DNA of 64,000 nucleotides, from the NCBI GenBank assembly GCA_963708025.1, contig CAVPSB010000018.1:128001-192000 (forward strand), written 5' to 3'. The translations under genes were made by a program, and so were the position numbers. The notes under the pieces are model-generated. The model ran no database searches. It had not been told where the DNA came from and saw only the letters and a list, made by a program, of their open reading frames with translations. Positions 12,981-22,107 of this stretch are shown in pieces (position 1 is the first letter of the stretch; every line of letters starts with the position of its first letter). Source of the DNA: an uncultured Candidatus Rokubacteria bacterium. Lineage in GTDB: Bacteria > Methylomirabilota > Methylomirabilia > Rokubacteriales > DASRDR01.

Positions 12981-13100
12981 TCACTCCGGAGCCGGACTGT
13001 ACCACCGGTCGAGCGAGACTTTGAGCATGGTGAGGAGGAACTCGTCCCGGCTGTTCTCCGCCAAGGTGCGGCACGATGCAGCTGACCGCGGTCCGCTCAC
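12981..13100 (-). pseudogene. Collapsed GT2 gene (only start and end retained)
   Basis: GTG start overlapping the kinase stop; +1 frame AVSCIVP directly followed by ..NSRDEFLLTMLKVSLDRW, which matches the C-termini of both neighbouring GT2s. Confidence 0.65.
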
Positions 13101-14167
13101 CCGGCGACCTCATCGAGCAGGACCCGTATGACGGAGGGGATCTGCTCCAGATCGCGTCCCAGCTCCAGCCAGAACACCGGCAGTTCTTGCACCAGGGAAG
13201 CGAGCTGCTCGAAGCGGGGGCCCAGCATACCGGGAAAGGGCAGGAGCAGGAGGGAACTCGGCGCCAGCCGCATCAACGCCTGGGCCCGCGACGCCGGGCG
13301 GAACGTCGTCCTCGGCGCGTCCACCACCCGGGGGAACGCCAGGGCCCGGATCCGGGCCGAGGGTGGAAGCACCGCCCAGGGCAGATCGGACAGGAGGACC
13401 AGGGACTTGTCCTCCCGGGCCAGGCGACCCGGAATGGCGTGTGGCCGCAGGGCTGGGAAGTGCTCGAGGTGTTTCGGCTCAACGTGGGTCGAGCAGTAGA
13501 CGCTGTGGCCCACCACGCCGCGCTCGCCGTCGTGTCCGAGAGCGACGTAGTCGTCAGCCAGGTAGGCGAGCCCGGCCATGAGACAGGTGAGAGCCGTGGT
13601 GGACTTCCCGGAGCCACCCGGACCCCCCAAGAGCACGGCGTCGCCCTCCTTCCCCACCAGACCGGCATGGAGGGCTTGCAAGCCGCGGTCGCGGTGCCAG
13701 AGGAGCAGCTCGGAGTGGAGCGGGCGGCCGATCTCGTACTGGGTGAGACGATCTACATCCCCGATCCAGCCGACCATGCGCTGGCCGATCCGGTCAAAGC
13801 AGGTTCGGGTTTGGGCTCGGGTGACGGTGACGTAACGGCCCCGAGGGGAAACCTCGGTTTTCGCGGGGACCTCCAGGTCGTCATGGATGGCGCAGCCCTC
13901 GCAGCCGATCCCGGTCGCCCGTTCATCCCACAGCTCGATGGTCAGCTCGTCAGGTTGGACCGGTCGGTCTTTGGTCCGAAGGTGGGCCAGCGCGCGGGGC
14001 ACCGTGGCCGCCAGCCGGTCACCCACCAGCCGAAGGCGCGCTGGTCGACCGGCGAAGAGGAAGCAGGACTCCGCGACCTCCCAGACTCCCGCGGCCCGGT
14101 TGAACCCGCCCTGGAGGGCGTCGAAGGCCTCGCTGGGTTCCTGCCCGACCGCGGGGCTAGCCGTCAT
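13097..14167 (-). CDS. HPr kinase-like P-loop serine kinase
   Basis: LHAGLVG...LLGGPGGSGKST and LADDYVAL motifs of the HprK-related family. Confidence 0.8.
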   Translation of the reverse strand: MTASPAVGQEPSEAFDALQGGFNRAAGVWEVAESCFLFAGRPARLRLVGDRLAATVPRALAHLRTKDRPVQPDELTIELWDERATGIGCEGCAIHDDLEVPAKTEVSPRGRYVTVTRAQTRTCFDRIGQRMVGWIGDVDRLTQYEIGRPLHSELLLWHRDRGLQALHAGLVGKEGDAVLLGGPGGSGKSTTALTCLMAGLAYLADDYVALGHDGERGVVGHSVYCSTHVEPKHLEHFPALRPHAIPGRLAREDKSLVLLSDLPWAVLPPSARIRALAFPRVVDAPRTTFRPASRAQALMRLAPSSLLLLPFPGMLGPRFEQLASLVQELPVFWLELGRDLEQIPSVIRVLLDEVAG

Positions 14168-14441
14168 GCACCTCGCCGATGGCCGGCTCGGCGGATCGAG
14201 ACCGTAGGAACGCCGAGGCATTCGTGGTGCTATCGCAACATGGAGTTCCGGGGCCCCCTGGGTCGAGAAAGCCCGCCCCCGGCTCGAGGCCTTTACGAGC
14301 AGCTCCTAGGTCGTCCAAAGCACCTTTCGGTTCCTCCCGCTCCTCCAGCCGGCGCCGGGCATCACCGCGGCAGTGCGTCCCGGGGGTGTTCGGATTGTAG
14401 CGCGCCCTGGACGGAACCCGCAACGGCCCGTATCGAGCCAT
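14157..14441 (-). pseudogene. Degraded PqqD-family (RRE-like) gene remnant
   Basis: RYNPNTP near the start and IGEVHDG*P at the end resemble the termini of PqqD-like proteins that precede HprK-like kinases (..HEVD.xGWP), with TAG in place of W. Confidence 0.35.
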
Positions 14442-14487
14442 CTAGCGGGAGCAACGACGTCAAGCCTTTTCCCATAGGTAGTTCGAC

Positions 14488-15189
14488 CTAGCCCAGGAGC
14501 GTGACTGCGCCGGTGGCCAGGTCGTAGTACGCCGCGACCACCTTCAGCCGTCCCTGGGCGACGGCACCAGCGATCACGGGGGAGGCGTCCCGGAGGAGCC
14601 GGGCGTGGATCCGGGCGTTGGCCCTGATGACGGCATCGAGATCCGAGCCGGCCTGGTCCACGGCCGGCCGGATGTGCCGGTACAGCGCACTGATCTGCCC
14701 CGGCACGTCCTTGGCCGTGATCGCCGCGCTCACCGCCCCGCACGACCCGTGCCCGAGCACCATGATGACGCGGGTCCCGAGGACGGCCACGCCGTACTCG
14801 AGGCTCCCGATGATCTCGGGCGTGACGATGTTGCCCGCCACCCGCGTGACGAATACGTGCCCGATCGTCTGGTCGAAGGCGATCTCGACCGGCACCCGGG
14901 AGTCCGCGCACGAGAGCACCGCCGCGAACGGCTCCTGCTTCTCGGCCGTCTTCTGCTTGAGGAGCTGGAGGTCCTCCTGGAACGAGGTCAGCTGACCGGC
15001 CGCGAAGCGGGCGTTGCCCTCCATCAGCCGCTTCAGGGCGTCGTCGGGACTGAGGCTGGTCTGGGCGGCCGCGCTCCGGGGCCGCCCCATCCACGACGCA
15101 AGGCCCAGCGCGGTGGCGGCGGCCGCGGCTACCGAGCTCCCCAGGACCGCTCGACGCGACACGTTCCCTGCGTCCCTGACCTGCTCCAT
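14488..15189 (-). CDS. Beta-class carbonic anhydrase with Tat signal
   Basis: SRRAVL twin-Arg leader; CADSRV, RVAGN and GHGSCGAV zinc ligands; GGAGG RBS. Confidence 0.93.
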   Translation of the reverse strand: MEQVRDAGNVSRRAVLGSSVAAAAATALGLASWMGRPRSAAAQTSLSPDDALKRLMEGNARFAAGQLTSFQEDLQLLKQKTAEKQEPFAAVLSCADSRVPVEIAFDQTIGHVFVTRVAGNIVTPEIIGSLEYGVAVLGTRVIMVLGHGSCGAVSAAITAKDVPGQISALYRHIRPAVDQAGSDLDAVIRANARIHARLLRDASPVIAGAVAQGRLKVVAAYYDLATGAVTLLG

Positions 15190-15202
15190 GTCGTCCTCCT
15201 CC

Positions 15203-15339
15203 GTTCGGAACCTCCCGCCCACCCGATTCGTTCGACGGCCTTCGGCCTTTGGCCCCCCTTCCCCACCGTTCGACGGCCTTCGGCCTGTGGCCGTGGGGGG
15301 AGGGGGGAGTCGGAGCCATCCATTCCTCACACGCTCTCA
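15203..15339 (-). repeat. Family A junction element (2 hairpin modules)
   Basis: Minus strand: TGAGAGCGTGTGAGGAAT...CTCCGACTCCCCCCTCCCC...GGGAGGTTCCGAAC; modules at 15234-15248 and 15272-15286. Confidence 0.85.
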
Positions 15340-16164
15340 GGTCACCCGGCCCGGGCCCGCCGCCGGGAGCCGCCGCTCGATCATCCGCACGATCCACCAG
15401 GCTCCGACCGCCGAGGCCAGGTGCTTGAGCGTGTGCCCGCTCACCCCGATCGCATGAAAGATTCCGTGGTCGAAGAACTCGAAGACCTTCGCCAGCGCGT
15501 ACCAGCCTAGCACGCGGACGAGGTCCGCCGTCCCCGTGTAACGGGCCGGGAACAGCCACATGATCAGCGGGATGGCCACCAGCGTGCCGAACTGGACGAG
15601 GGCGTACGGGCGCAGGTCCCCGGTGCCCCGCTGCTCGCCGACGTGCCAGTAGAGCGTGCTCACTACGCCGACCGCCAGGAGGGGCACCAGGAGCCGGAGC
15701 CCGGCGGTGAGGTCGATCCGCTCGGCGATCACGCTCGACAGAAGCGCCATGAACGCGATCGTCATGGGCAGCCGGTCCCAGAAGAGCGTCGCGTTGTCCG
15801 GCATCCAGTGATAGTAGGCCGAGCCGACGCCGGTCAGCGCGATCCCCGCGAACACGAGCCAGTACGGCTGTCGCTCGGCCGGCGTGATGAAGGCCAGACG
15901 GGCGCCGGTGGACCGATCGCGGGCCAGGAACGCGAGGCCCGCGGCGCCGACCACCAGGAACGGAAGGTTCGAGAGCACGTTGAGGCCATTCGGCACGCCG
16001 AGCAGTCCCCGGCGATCGGCGAAGTCGTGGTAGGCGGGATCCTGGGGGATCGGCGGCACGATGAAGGTGACCCCGACCATGAGGGCCCCGAGCCCGGCGA
16101 GGAGCCAGAGGCGTCCCCGCGGCGGGCTGGCGGGCGAGCCCTCCGGTCCGAGCCCGCGAGTCAT
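15337..16164 (-). CDS. Ceramidase-like (CREST superfamily) membrane protein
   Basis: PIPQDPAYHDFADRR, NVLSNLPF, GSAYYHW.PDNATLFWDRLPMT, SGHTLKHL. Confidence 0.82.
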   Translation of the reverse strand: MTRGLGPEGSPASPPRGRLWLLAGLGALMVGVTFIVPPIPQDPAYHDFADRRGLLGVPNGLNVLSNLPFLVVGAAGLAFLARDRSTGARLAFITPAERQPYWLVFAGIALTGVGSAYYHWMPDNATLFWDRLPMTIAFMALLSSVIAERIDLTAGLRLLVPLLAVGVVSTLYWHVGEQRGTGDLRPYALVQFGTLVAIPLIMWLFPARYTGTADLVRVLGWYALAKVFEFFDHGIFHAIGVSGHTLKHLASAVGAWWIVRMIERRLPAAGPGRVT

Positions 16165-16203
16165 GCCGGGGACGGACCGGGTGGCGGCATGGCGGGCTCC
16201 AGG

Positions 16204-16614
16204 CTATCGGCCCGGCGTGACCCTGGGAAGGATGTCCGCCACCCGCAGCACGAAGCGAGCCTCCCCTCCGGCCGGGCGGATCCGGATCGTGAACGGCCAC
16301 GGCGTGGTTCCCGCGAAGTCCCGTGGGGTGGCGATCGTCCGCCCCCGGGACACGACGGATCCGCTGGCGTCCAGCCCCACCAGCTCCACCGTGACCTGGG
16401 AATAGCGATCCAGCCGCGCGGCCTCCAGCACGCCCTCCGCGACGACGGCCTCCGCCGTCTCGTCGAGCCGCCAGTGGAGCGTGACGCCCCTCGGGTCGGA
16501 CGTGTGGAGCGGCAGCTCTCCCGGCTGGGGCACCGGCCGCGGAACGCCGCAGCCGGCCAGCGCCAGGACGACCAGGGCGGCGATGCAGCGCCGCCGTGTC
16601 TGCCACCATCGCAT
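16204..16614 (-). CDS. Hypothetical lipoprotein
   Basis: MRWWQTRRRCIAALVVLALAGC lipobox; small beta-sandwich-like body. Confidence 0.65.
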   Translation of the reverse strand: MRWWQTRRRCIAALVVLALAGCGVPRPVPQPGELPLHTSDPRGVTLHWRLDETAEAVVAEGVLEAARLDRYSQVTVELVGLDASGSVVSRGRTIATPRDFAGTTPWPFTIRIRPAGGEARFVLRVADILPRVTPGR

Positions 16615-16655
16615 GGTTCTGATGCCTCGCGCGCCCGGGCGTGGTCCCGAGCGCC

Positions 16656-18191
16656 TCACCGGATCAGCAGGAAGCACGCCGCCATCACGAGGGTCGGCAG
16701 CGCGGCCCCGGCCAGGAGCCCGAGCGGGGAGATGCCCCCGTCGAAATAGCGCCCCAGGATGGCCTGCCCCGCCGGGTTGGGCGCGTTGGCGATCACCGTC
16801 AGGCCGCCGCCGGTGACGGCCCCCGCCACCACCGCGTAGCGCAGCTCGGGGGTGAACCCCGGTACGAGCGCAGCCAGGTAGGTGATGGCCGCATTGTCGT
16901 TGAAGGCGGTGAGCACGATCGACCCGGCGAACAGCGGGACGGCCGGGAGCCGGCCCAGCACCGGCTCGATCCACCACTGCTGGAGGGCCCCGTGGACGAT
17001 CAGCCCGCCCAGGAAGAAGCCCACCAGGAGCGCGGGGCGCAGGTTGAGCGGGCTCTGGTAGGGCGCGGTCGCGAGGGTGAAGGCGAGGAAGACGAGGAAG
17101 CCGCCGACGAAGAGCACCGGCGTATGGCTGGCGAACACCGTCCACGCGAGGAAGCCGAGGTGCACGGCGACGATCCACGCGGGGACGGGCGCCGCCTCCC
17201 GGGCCGCGGCGGGCGCGGTCCCGCCCGGTCGGCGGAGCGTGGCCAGCTCGCCCCGGAGCCACACCGCGTAGAGGGCGCTGGCGATCAGGATCCCGACGAT
17301 CGCCTTCCAGCCGAAGGTGCGCAGCATGAAGCCGGAGTCCCAGCCCCACCGCGTGGCGACCATCACCACCGGCGGGGCGGCGAAGTGGGTCAGCGTCCCG
17401 CCGACCGAGATGTTGACGAAGAGCAGCCCGAGCGTCGCGTAGCGGAGCCGGAGGCTCGGCCCCCGCTCGAACACCTGGCGGCCCAGGAGGAGTGCGCCGA
17501 TGATCATCGCCGCGGGCTCGGTGATGAAGGAGCCGAGGACCGGCGCGACCGTCAGGATCGACAGCCACCACGCCAGCGGGGTCCGTCCGCCGAGCGCTGC
17601 CACGCGGCCGATCACGGCCTCGGCGAACTGGAGGACGGGTCGCGTCGAGGCGAGCGCCATGATCACCGTCACGAAGACGGGCTCGGTGAAGTCGACGCCG
17701 TGGCCGATGAACGCCTCCGCCGTCTCCCATCCCCTGGCGAGGGCGATGGCGGCGAGCAGGGGGATCACCCAGACGCCAAAGACCGCCTCGACCTCACCGA
17801 GGAAATGGAGCAGCTCGGCCCTGAAGTTGAGCGCGTGACTCGGCTCGGCCTCGAGAGCCTCGCCGGGGGCCTCGGGGCCGCCGCCCGGCCCCGGCTCGTG
17901 CTGTTCCCCCCGGAGCCGGTGGGACCACGCCGTGATCCGGGCCGCGGCGAAGGTGTGGAGGATCGCCAGGCCGAACAGGACCGTCGCGACCAGGTTCAGC
18001 GGCTCGACCCGGATCCGGTGCGCCAGCACCGCCGGAAGCGACAGGCCCGCCTCGCCCTGGTAGCGATCGAGCGGAGGCGGAAACGACAGCGCGGGATCCG
18101 CGCCCGGGCCCGCGGCGAGCAGGGCGCCCGGGAGCGCCACCAGAGCCAGGACGCCGAGCGCGGCCCTGAGCCGTTGACGAGCCACTGTCAT
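16656..18191 (-). CDS. Putative Na+/H+ antiporter (DUF1504-type)
   Basis: HFLGEVEAVFG, FTEPVFV, GSFITEPAAM, NISVGGTLTHFAAPP, TGGGLTVIANAPNPAG. Confidence 0.85.
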   Translation of the reverse strand: MTVARQRLRAALGVLALVALPGALLAAGPGADPALSFPPPLDRYQGEAGLSLPAVLAHRIRVEPLNLVATVLFGLAILHTFAAARITAWSHRLRGEQHEPGPGGGPEAPGEALEAEPSHALNFRAELLHFLGEVEAVFGVWVIPLLAAIALARGWETAEAFIGHGVDFTEPVFVTVIMALASTRPVLQFAEAVIGRVAALGGRTPLAWWLSILTVAPVLGSFITEPAAMIIGALLLGRQVFERGPSLRLRYATLGLLFVNISVGGTLTHFAAPPVVMVATRWGWDSGFMLRTFGWKAIVGILIASALYAVWLRGELATLRRPGGTAPAAAREAAPVPAWIVAVHLGFLAWTVFASHTPVLFVGGFLVFLAFTLATAPYQSPLNLRPALLVGFFLGGLIVHGALQQWWIEPVLGRLPAVPLFAGSIVLTAFNDNAAITYLAALVPGFTPELRYAVVAGAVTGGGLTVIANAPNPAGQAILGRYFDGGISPLGLLAGAALPTLVMAACFLLIR

Positions 18192-18994
18192 CAGTGCTTC
18201 CGGAAGAAGGCGTGGGCGCCGGCCCCGGCGACCAGCACCGTCATCTGCTCGGGCTTGCCCCGCAGGAACTCGTCGCAGGCCGTCTTCACGCCGGGCAGGA
18301 TGTTGTTCACGTCGTGGCGGGCCGGATCGCAGTAGTCGTCCACCACGACGATCGCGTCCCTGGTCAGCCGGGGGTAGAGGTGCTCCAGGCTCTCGCGGAC
18401 CGAGCTGTAGAAGTCGCCATCGACGTGCGCGAAGCAGATCTGGCGGGGGAGCTCACGCGGCAGGGTGTCCTCGAACCAGCCCTTGTGGACGACCGGCGGC
18501 GCGGCCCCGGCCCGCCGGAAGTTCTCCACCAGCGCCTCCTCCGTCGTCCGGCAGTCGCCCGGCTCGAAGCGCGTGACCCCGTCCTCGGGAGACTTCGCCG
18601 GCAGCCCCTCGAACGAGTCGTAGACGTGGAGCCGCCGGTCGGCCCCGAGCTGGTCGAGCGTCTTCCGGAGCACGATGGCCGTCGTGCCGGCGTGGCAGCC
18701 GAGCTCGACGACGTCGCCGGGGACGTCCATGACCAGGACCTGGCTCAGCAGGTGGTAGATGTTCACGGCCTGCTCGACGGTGACCATGCCGCCCTGGAGG
18801 AGGTTCTCGTTGGGGTCGTAGCGCGAGTACTTGATCCCGAAGTGGCGGTTGAGGTCGTCGCGCTTGAACTTGAGCGCGAAGCGCCGATTGTGCCGGTTGA
18901 AGAACTTGATCGCCCGGGCCGCGAGCCGCATGCCCCGGGTCGCCTTCCGGCCGTCGTCGCGCCGGAGCGCGAGGATGAATGTGTTGTCGTTCAT
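18191..18994 (-). CDS. TylF/MycF/NovP-family O-methyltransferase
   Basis: VPGDVVELGC, YDSFEGLP, HKGWFEDTLP, HVDGDFYSS, VVDDY. Confidence 0.88.
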   Translation of the reverse strand: MNDNTFILALRRDDGRKATRGMRLAARAIKFFNRHNRRFALKFKRDDLNRHFGIKYSRYDPNENLLQGGMVTVEQAVNIYHLLSQVLVMDVPGDVVELGCHAGTTAIVLRKTLDQLGADRRLHVYDSFEGLPAKSPEDGVTRFEPGDCRTTEEALVENFRRAGAAPPVVHKGWFEDTLPRELPRQICFAHVDGDFYSSVRESLEHLYPRLTRDAIVVVDDYCDPARHDVNNILPGVKTACDEFLRGKPEQMTVLVAGAGAHAFFRKH

Positions 18995-19001
18995 CGGCGG
19001 C

Positions 19002-19715
19002 TCAGCCGCCGCCCGGGCCGCGGAGGAGTGGGACGAGGGTCCCGTACCACGCCGCGGCGATCTTCGCGTGGCCGCTCTCGTTGGGGTGGACGCCGTCTCC
19101 GATATCGGCCAGCGTGAGCCCGGCGGCGACATCGACCAGGCGGACGCGCCGGCCGGCGGCCGCCCGGGCCTGCACGACGGCGGGCAGCGCCCGGTTGAAG
19201 GCGGCCACCCGCCGGTTGGCCTCGGCGCCGGCCAGCGGCGGCAGCGTCGCGACCAGCACCGTGGCCGCCGGGAGCTGGCGTGTGATTCGGTCCAGCAGCT
19301 CGCCGAGACGAGCCGGGGCGGCGACCGCGTGGTTCTGCAGCACGTCGTTGGTCCCGATCATCAGGAGCACGATCTCGGGCCGGTGCCGCGCGAGCCAGCC
19401 GTCCACGCTCGCGGCCACCTCGTCGATCCGCCACCCCGAGTGGCCCTCGTGGTCGCGGTCACCCAGCTCGGGAGGGCCGTTCTGGAGCGAGCCGACGAAG
19501 TCGATGCGCCGCTGGTCCTGGCCCACGAGCCGGCGCCACAGCTCGATCCGGTAGCCGCCGGGGACCTGCGCGCCGTCGGTGATGGAGTCGCCGAGGGGCA
19601 TGATGCGGACCCCGGCCGCGCCGGCCGGCCCGGCGCCGGCCACCAGCACCGCCAGCACGGCGAGCCAGACGGCCCGGAGACTCAATCGACTCGAGGCCTC
19701 GGAGGAGCTGGGCAC
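19002..19715 (-). CDS. SGNH/GDSL hydrolase, secreted (start uncertain: 19715 or 19685)
   Basis: RIMPLGDSIT, HEGHSG, IGTND, DGVHPN. Confidence 0.85.
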   Translation of the reverse strand: MPSSSEASSRLSLRAVWLAVLAVLVAGAGPAGAAGVRIMPLGDSITDGAQVPGGYRIELWRRLVGQDQRRIDFVGSLQNGPPELGDRDHEGHSGWRIDEVAASVDGWLARHRPEIVLLMIGTNDVLQNHAVAAPARLGELLDRITRQLPAATVLVATLPPLAGAEANRRVAAFNRALPAVVQARAAAGRRVRLVDVAAGLTLADIGDGVHPNESGHAKIAAAWYGTLVPLLRGPGGG

Positions 19716-21199
19716 TCCGGCTCCCCCCTCCCCCCCGCCACAGGCCGAAGGCCGTCCAACGGGCGGGGGAGGGGGGTGGGGGGGGTAGGAGGGAGGTCTC
19801 GAAGATCGGGGCGACGCCGCCACCAGCCGGTGGCCTGCTCGTAGGCGTGGCCGGCGCGCAGCACGGTCGCCTCGTCGAATGGCCGCCCGACGACCGTGAG
19901 CCCGAGGGGCAGGCCGGTGGCGGAGAACCCGCACGGGACGCTGAGGGCCGGGAGCCCCAGCGCGTTCCACGGGCGCGTGAGCCGCGAGAAGCGTCCCATG
20001 CGCCGCACGATCTCCTCGGTGGTCCCGGCCTTGACGGCCTCGAGCGCCGGCGCCGGCTCGGGGATCGTCGGCATGACGAGGAGGTCCGCGTCGGGGAAGA
20101 CCTCGCGGATGAAGCTCCGGGCCAGGCGCGCGCGCAGCCGGGCCGCCTGCAGGTAGTCGTAGGCGCTCACGTGCAAGCCGACCTCGAGCCGCGCCCGCAC
20201 CGCCGGCTGGAGGACGTGCGGCTGCTCGCGGACGACCCGTCCGTGGATGGCCGCGCTCTCGCAGCGGGCGACGATGTTGGCGACGTCGGCGAGGATCTGC
20301 GGGTCCGGCAGCGGCCGCTCTCCGACGCGGGCGCCCAGCTCGGCCAGGACGGCGACCGCCGCGCGCACGCCGGCCGCGACCTCCCCGTCGAGCCCCTCCC
20401 AGTAGTAGCCTTGGGGCACCACGACGCGGAGCCCGGCGATCGGCCGGTCCAGCGCCGCGGTGTAGTCGGGGACGGGACGGCGGCTGGAGGTGGCGTCGAG
20501 GGGATCGTGGCCGGCGATGACCGCGAGGAGCAGGGCTGCATCGCGGACGGTCCGGGCCATGGGGCCGACGTGGTCGAGCGACCACGAGAGTGGCATCGCG
20601 CCGGCCCGGCTCACGCGCCCGTAGGTCGGCTTGAGCCCGACGATCCCGCAGCAGGCGGCGGGGAGCCGGATGGAGCCGCCGGTGTCGCTGCCGAGGGCGC
20701 CCGGCACGAGCCCGGCGGCGACGGCCGCCCCGGAGCCGCTCGAGGAGCCGCCGGCGGCGTGGCCAGGCCGCCAGGGCGTCTGGGCGTCGCCCCGGTGGGC
20801 GTTGTCGCCGAACGGGCCGAGAGCCAGCTCGCTCAGGTTGAGCTTGCCGAGCGTGATCGCGCCGGCCGCCGCCAGCCGCGCCACGACGGTGGCGTCGCCC
20901 TCCGCCACGAAGTACTCATCGGTCTTGGTGCCGCAGGAGGTCGGCAGCCCCCGGACCGCGAAGAGGTCCTTGTAGGCGAGCGGGACCCCGTGGAGCGGAC
21001 CCCGGAGCCGGCCGGCGCGCGCCTCGGCCTCCCGCGCCTTTGCCGTCTCACGCGCGCGCTCGCCGTCCACCGTGATGAAGGCGTGGAGCCGCCCGTCGAG
21101 GCGCTCGATCCGCTGCAGGCACGCCTCGGTCAGCTCGACGGGCGAGAGGCGGCCGGCACGGATCCCGGCGGCCAGCTCGGTCAGGGTCGCGTCAGTCAT
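19682..21199 (-). CDS. Amidase-signature family protein (GatA/AtzE-like)
   Basis: GPLHGVPLAYKD, GGSSSGS, GSDTGGSIRLPA, GLKPTYGRVS; last ~40 aa derive from a repeat element. Confidence 0.92.
   Translation of the reverse strand: MTDATLTELAAGIRAGRLSPVELTEACLQRIERLDGRLHAFITVDGERARETAKAREAEARAGRLRGPLHGVPLAYKDLFAVRGLPTSCGTKTDEYFVAEGDATVVARLAAAGAITLGKLNLSELALGPFGDNAHRGDAQTPWRPGHAAGGSSSGSGAAVAAGLVPGALGSDTGGSIRLPAACCGIVGLKPTYGRVSRAGAMPLSWSLDHVGPMARTVRDAALLLAVIAGHDPLDATSSRRPVPDYTAALDRPIAGLRVVVPQGYYWEGLDGEVAAGVRAAVAVLAELGARVGERPLPDPQILADVANIVARCESAAIHGRVVREQPHVLQPAVRARLEVGLHVSAYDYLQAARLRARLARSFIREVFPDADLLVMPTIPEPAPALEAVKAGTTEEIVRRMGRFSRLTRPWNALGLPALSVPCGFSATGLPLGLTVVGRPFDEATVLRAGHAYEQATGWWRRRPDLRDLPPTPPTPLPRPLDGLRPVAGGRGEPECPAPPRPRVD
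19715..19803 (+). repeat. Family A element (1 module), antisense to the genes, inside the amidase 3' end
   Basis: CTCCGGCTCCCCCCTCCCC..AGGCCGAAGGCCGTC(19742-19756)..GGGAGGTCTCGAA. Confidence 0.8.
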
Positions 21200-21359
21200 G
21201 CGGGCGCTCGGGGGGGAGGGCCTCGGGCTCGGGAGCGCCGGCCTCCAGCGCGGCCAGGAAGCGCGCCGGCTCCTCGGCGAGGGCGAGGTCCCCGGCCGCG
21301 CGCTCGATCACCGCGGCGAAATCGGCGAGCGGACCCTGGAGCGCGCGCTCAGCGGGCAT
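21192..21359 (-). CDS. 55-aa protein coupled to the amidase (possible AtzG/GatC-like partner)
   Basis: MPAERALQGPLADFAAVIERAAGDLALAEEPARFLAALE...; overlaps the CBS gene stop and the amidase start; below the ORF-track length cutoff. Confidence 0.55.
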   Translation of the reverse strand: MPAERALQGPLADFAAVIERAAGDLALAEEPARFLAALEAGAPEPEALPPERPHD

Positions 21360-21993
21360 CGTGGGGGTTCACCGGAGTCGAGGCGGGCTCGGCGTCCGGC
21401 GCCGATACGATCGTGAGCCCGGCCGCCCGCAACACCTCGAGCACCCGGCCCAGGTCGCGCGTCTCGATGGACAGCTGCACCCGCTCGGGTCGGACCCCGC
21501 GGCCGAGGGGCTCGAGGGTCGCCACGAGCAGGCGGGCGACCTCGAGCCCGAGCGAGCGGACGGCGGAGTGGGCCTGGGCCATCGCGTCCGGCCGGTATAC
21601 CACCACCACCTCGCTCATGCGTCCGCCGACCTGGACCCGCATCATGTTGACGAGGGCCGCCACCGCGTCGGTCTGGGTGAGGATCCCGACCAGCTTGCCC
21701 TCCTCGATCACCGGCAGGCAGCCGATGCGCCGGTCGAAGAGGAGCCGCGCCGCCTTGTCCATCGCGGTGCGCGGACTGACCACGACGACCGGGTGGCTCA
21801 TGATGGCGTCCACCCGCGTGCCGGGATCCACGCCCCGGAGGTCCCGATCGGTGACGACGCCCACGACGCGGTCCCCCTCCATCACCGGGAGGTGGCGGAT
21901 GCCGTGGCCGCGCAGGAGGGCCACGGCGTCGGCCGCCGTCGTCCGGGGCCGGACCGTGTGCACGGGACTCGACATCCAGGAAGAGACCTGCAT
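21349..21993 (-). CDS. CBS-pair protein with C-terminal ACT-like domain (AcuB-like)
   Basis: IRHLPV..VGVVTDRDLR and IGCLPV..LVGILTQTD. Confidence 0.85.
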   Translation of the reverse strand: MQVSSWMSSPVHTVRPRTTAADAVALLRGHGIRHLPVMEGDRVVGVVTDRDLRGVDPGTRVDAIMSHPVVVVSPRTAMDKAARLLFDRRIGCLPVIEEGKLVGILTQTDAVAALVNMMRVQVGGRMSEVVVVYRPDAMAQAHSAVRSLGLEVARLLVATLEPLGRGVRPERVQLSIETRDLGRVLEVLRAAGLTIVSAPDAEPASTPVNPHDAR

Positions 21994-22066
21994 GCTCAGT
22001 CCCAAGAATGCCCGAGGGCCATCCGGACGCGCAAGGGGACGCCGGGCACCGAGGACAGTTTCGAGT

Positions 22067-22082
22067 TGGCACGCGTCTCGCT
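22067..22082 (+). promoter_or_regulatory. Putative sigma54 promoter
   Basis: TGGCACG-CGTC-TCGCT, 25 nt upstream of the 22108 ATG. Confidence 0.5.
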
Positions 22083-22107
22083 ATGGCTTCCGGTGGAGGT
22101 GCGAATC

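Noticed and set aside
11225-14441. Complete lasso peptide cluster
   Set aside because: No asparagine-synthetase-like cyclase, B2 peptidase or precursor is visible.
19682-21199. gatA
   Set aside because: No gatB adjacent; the sequence fits a generic amidase-signature enzyme.
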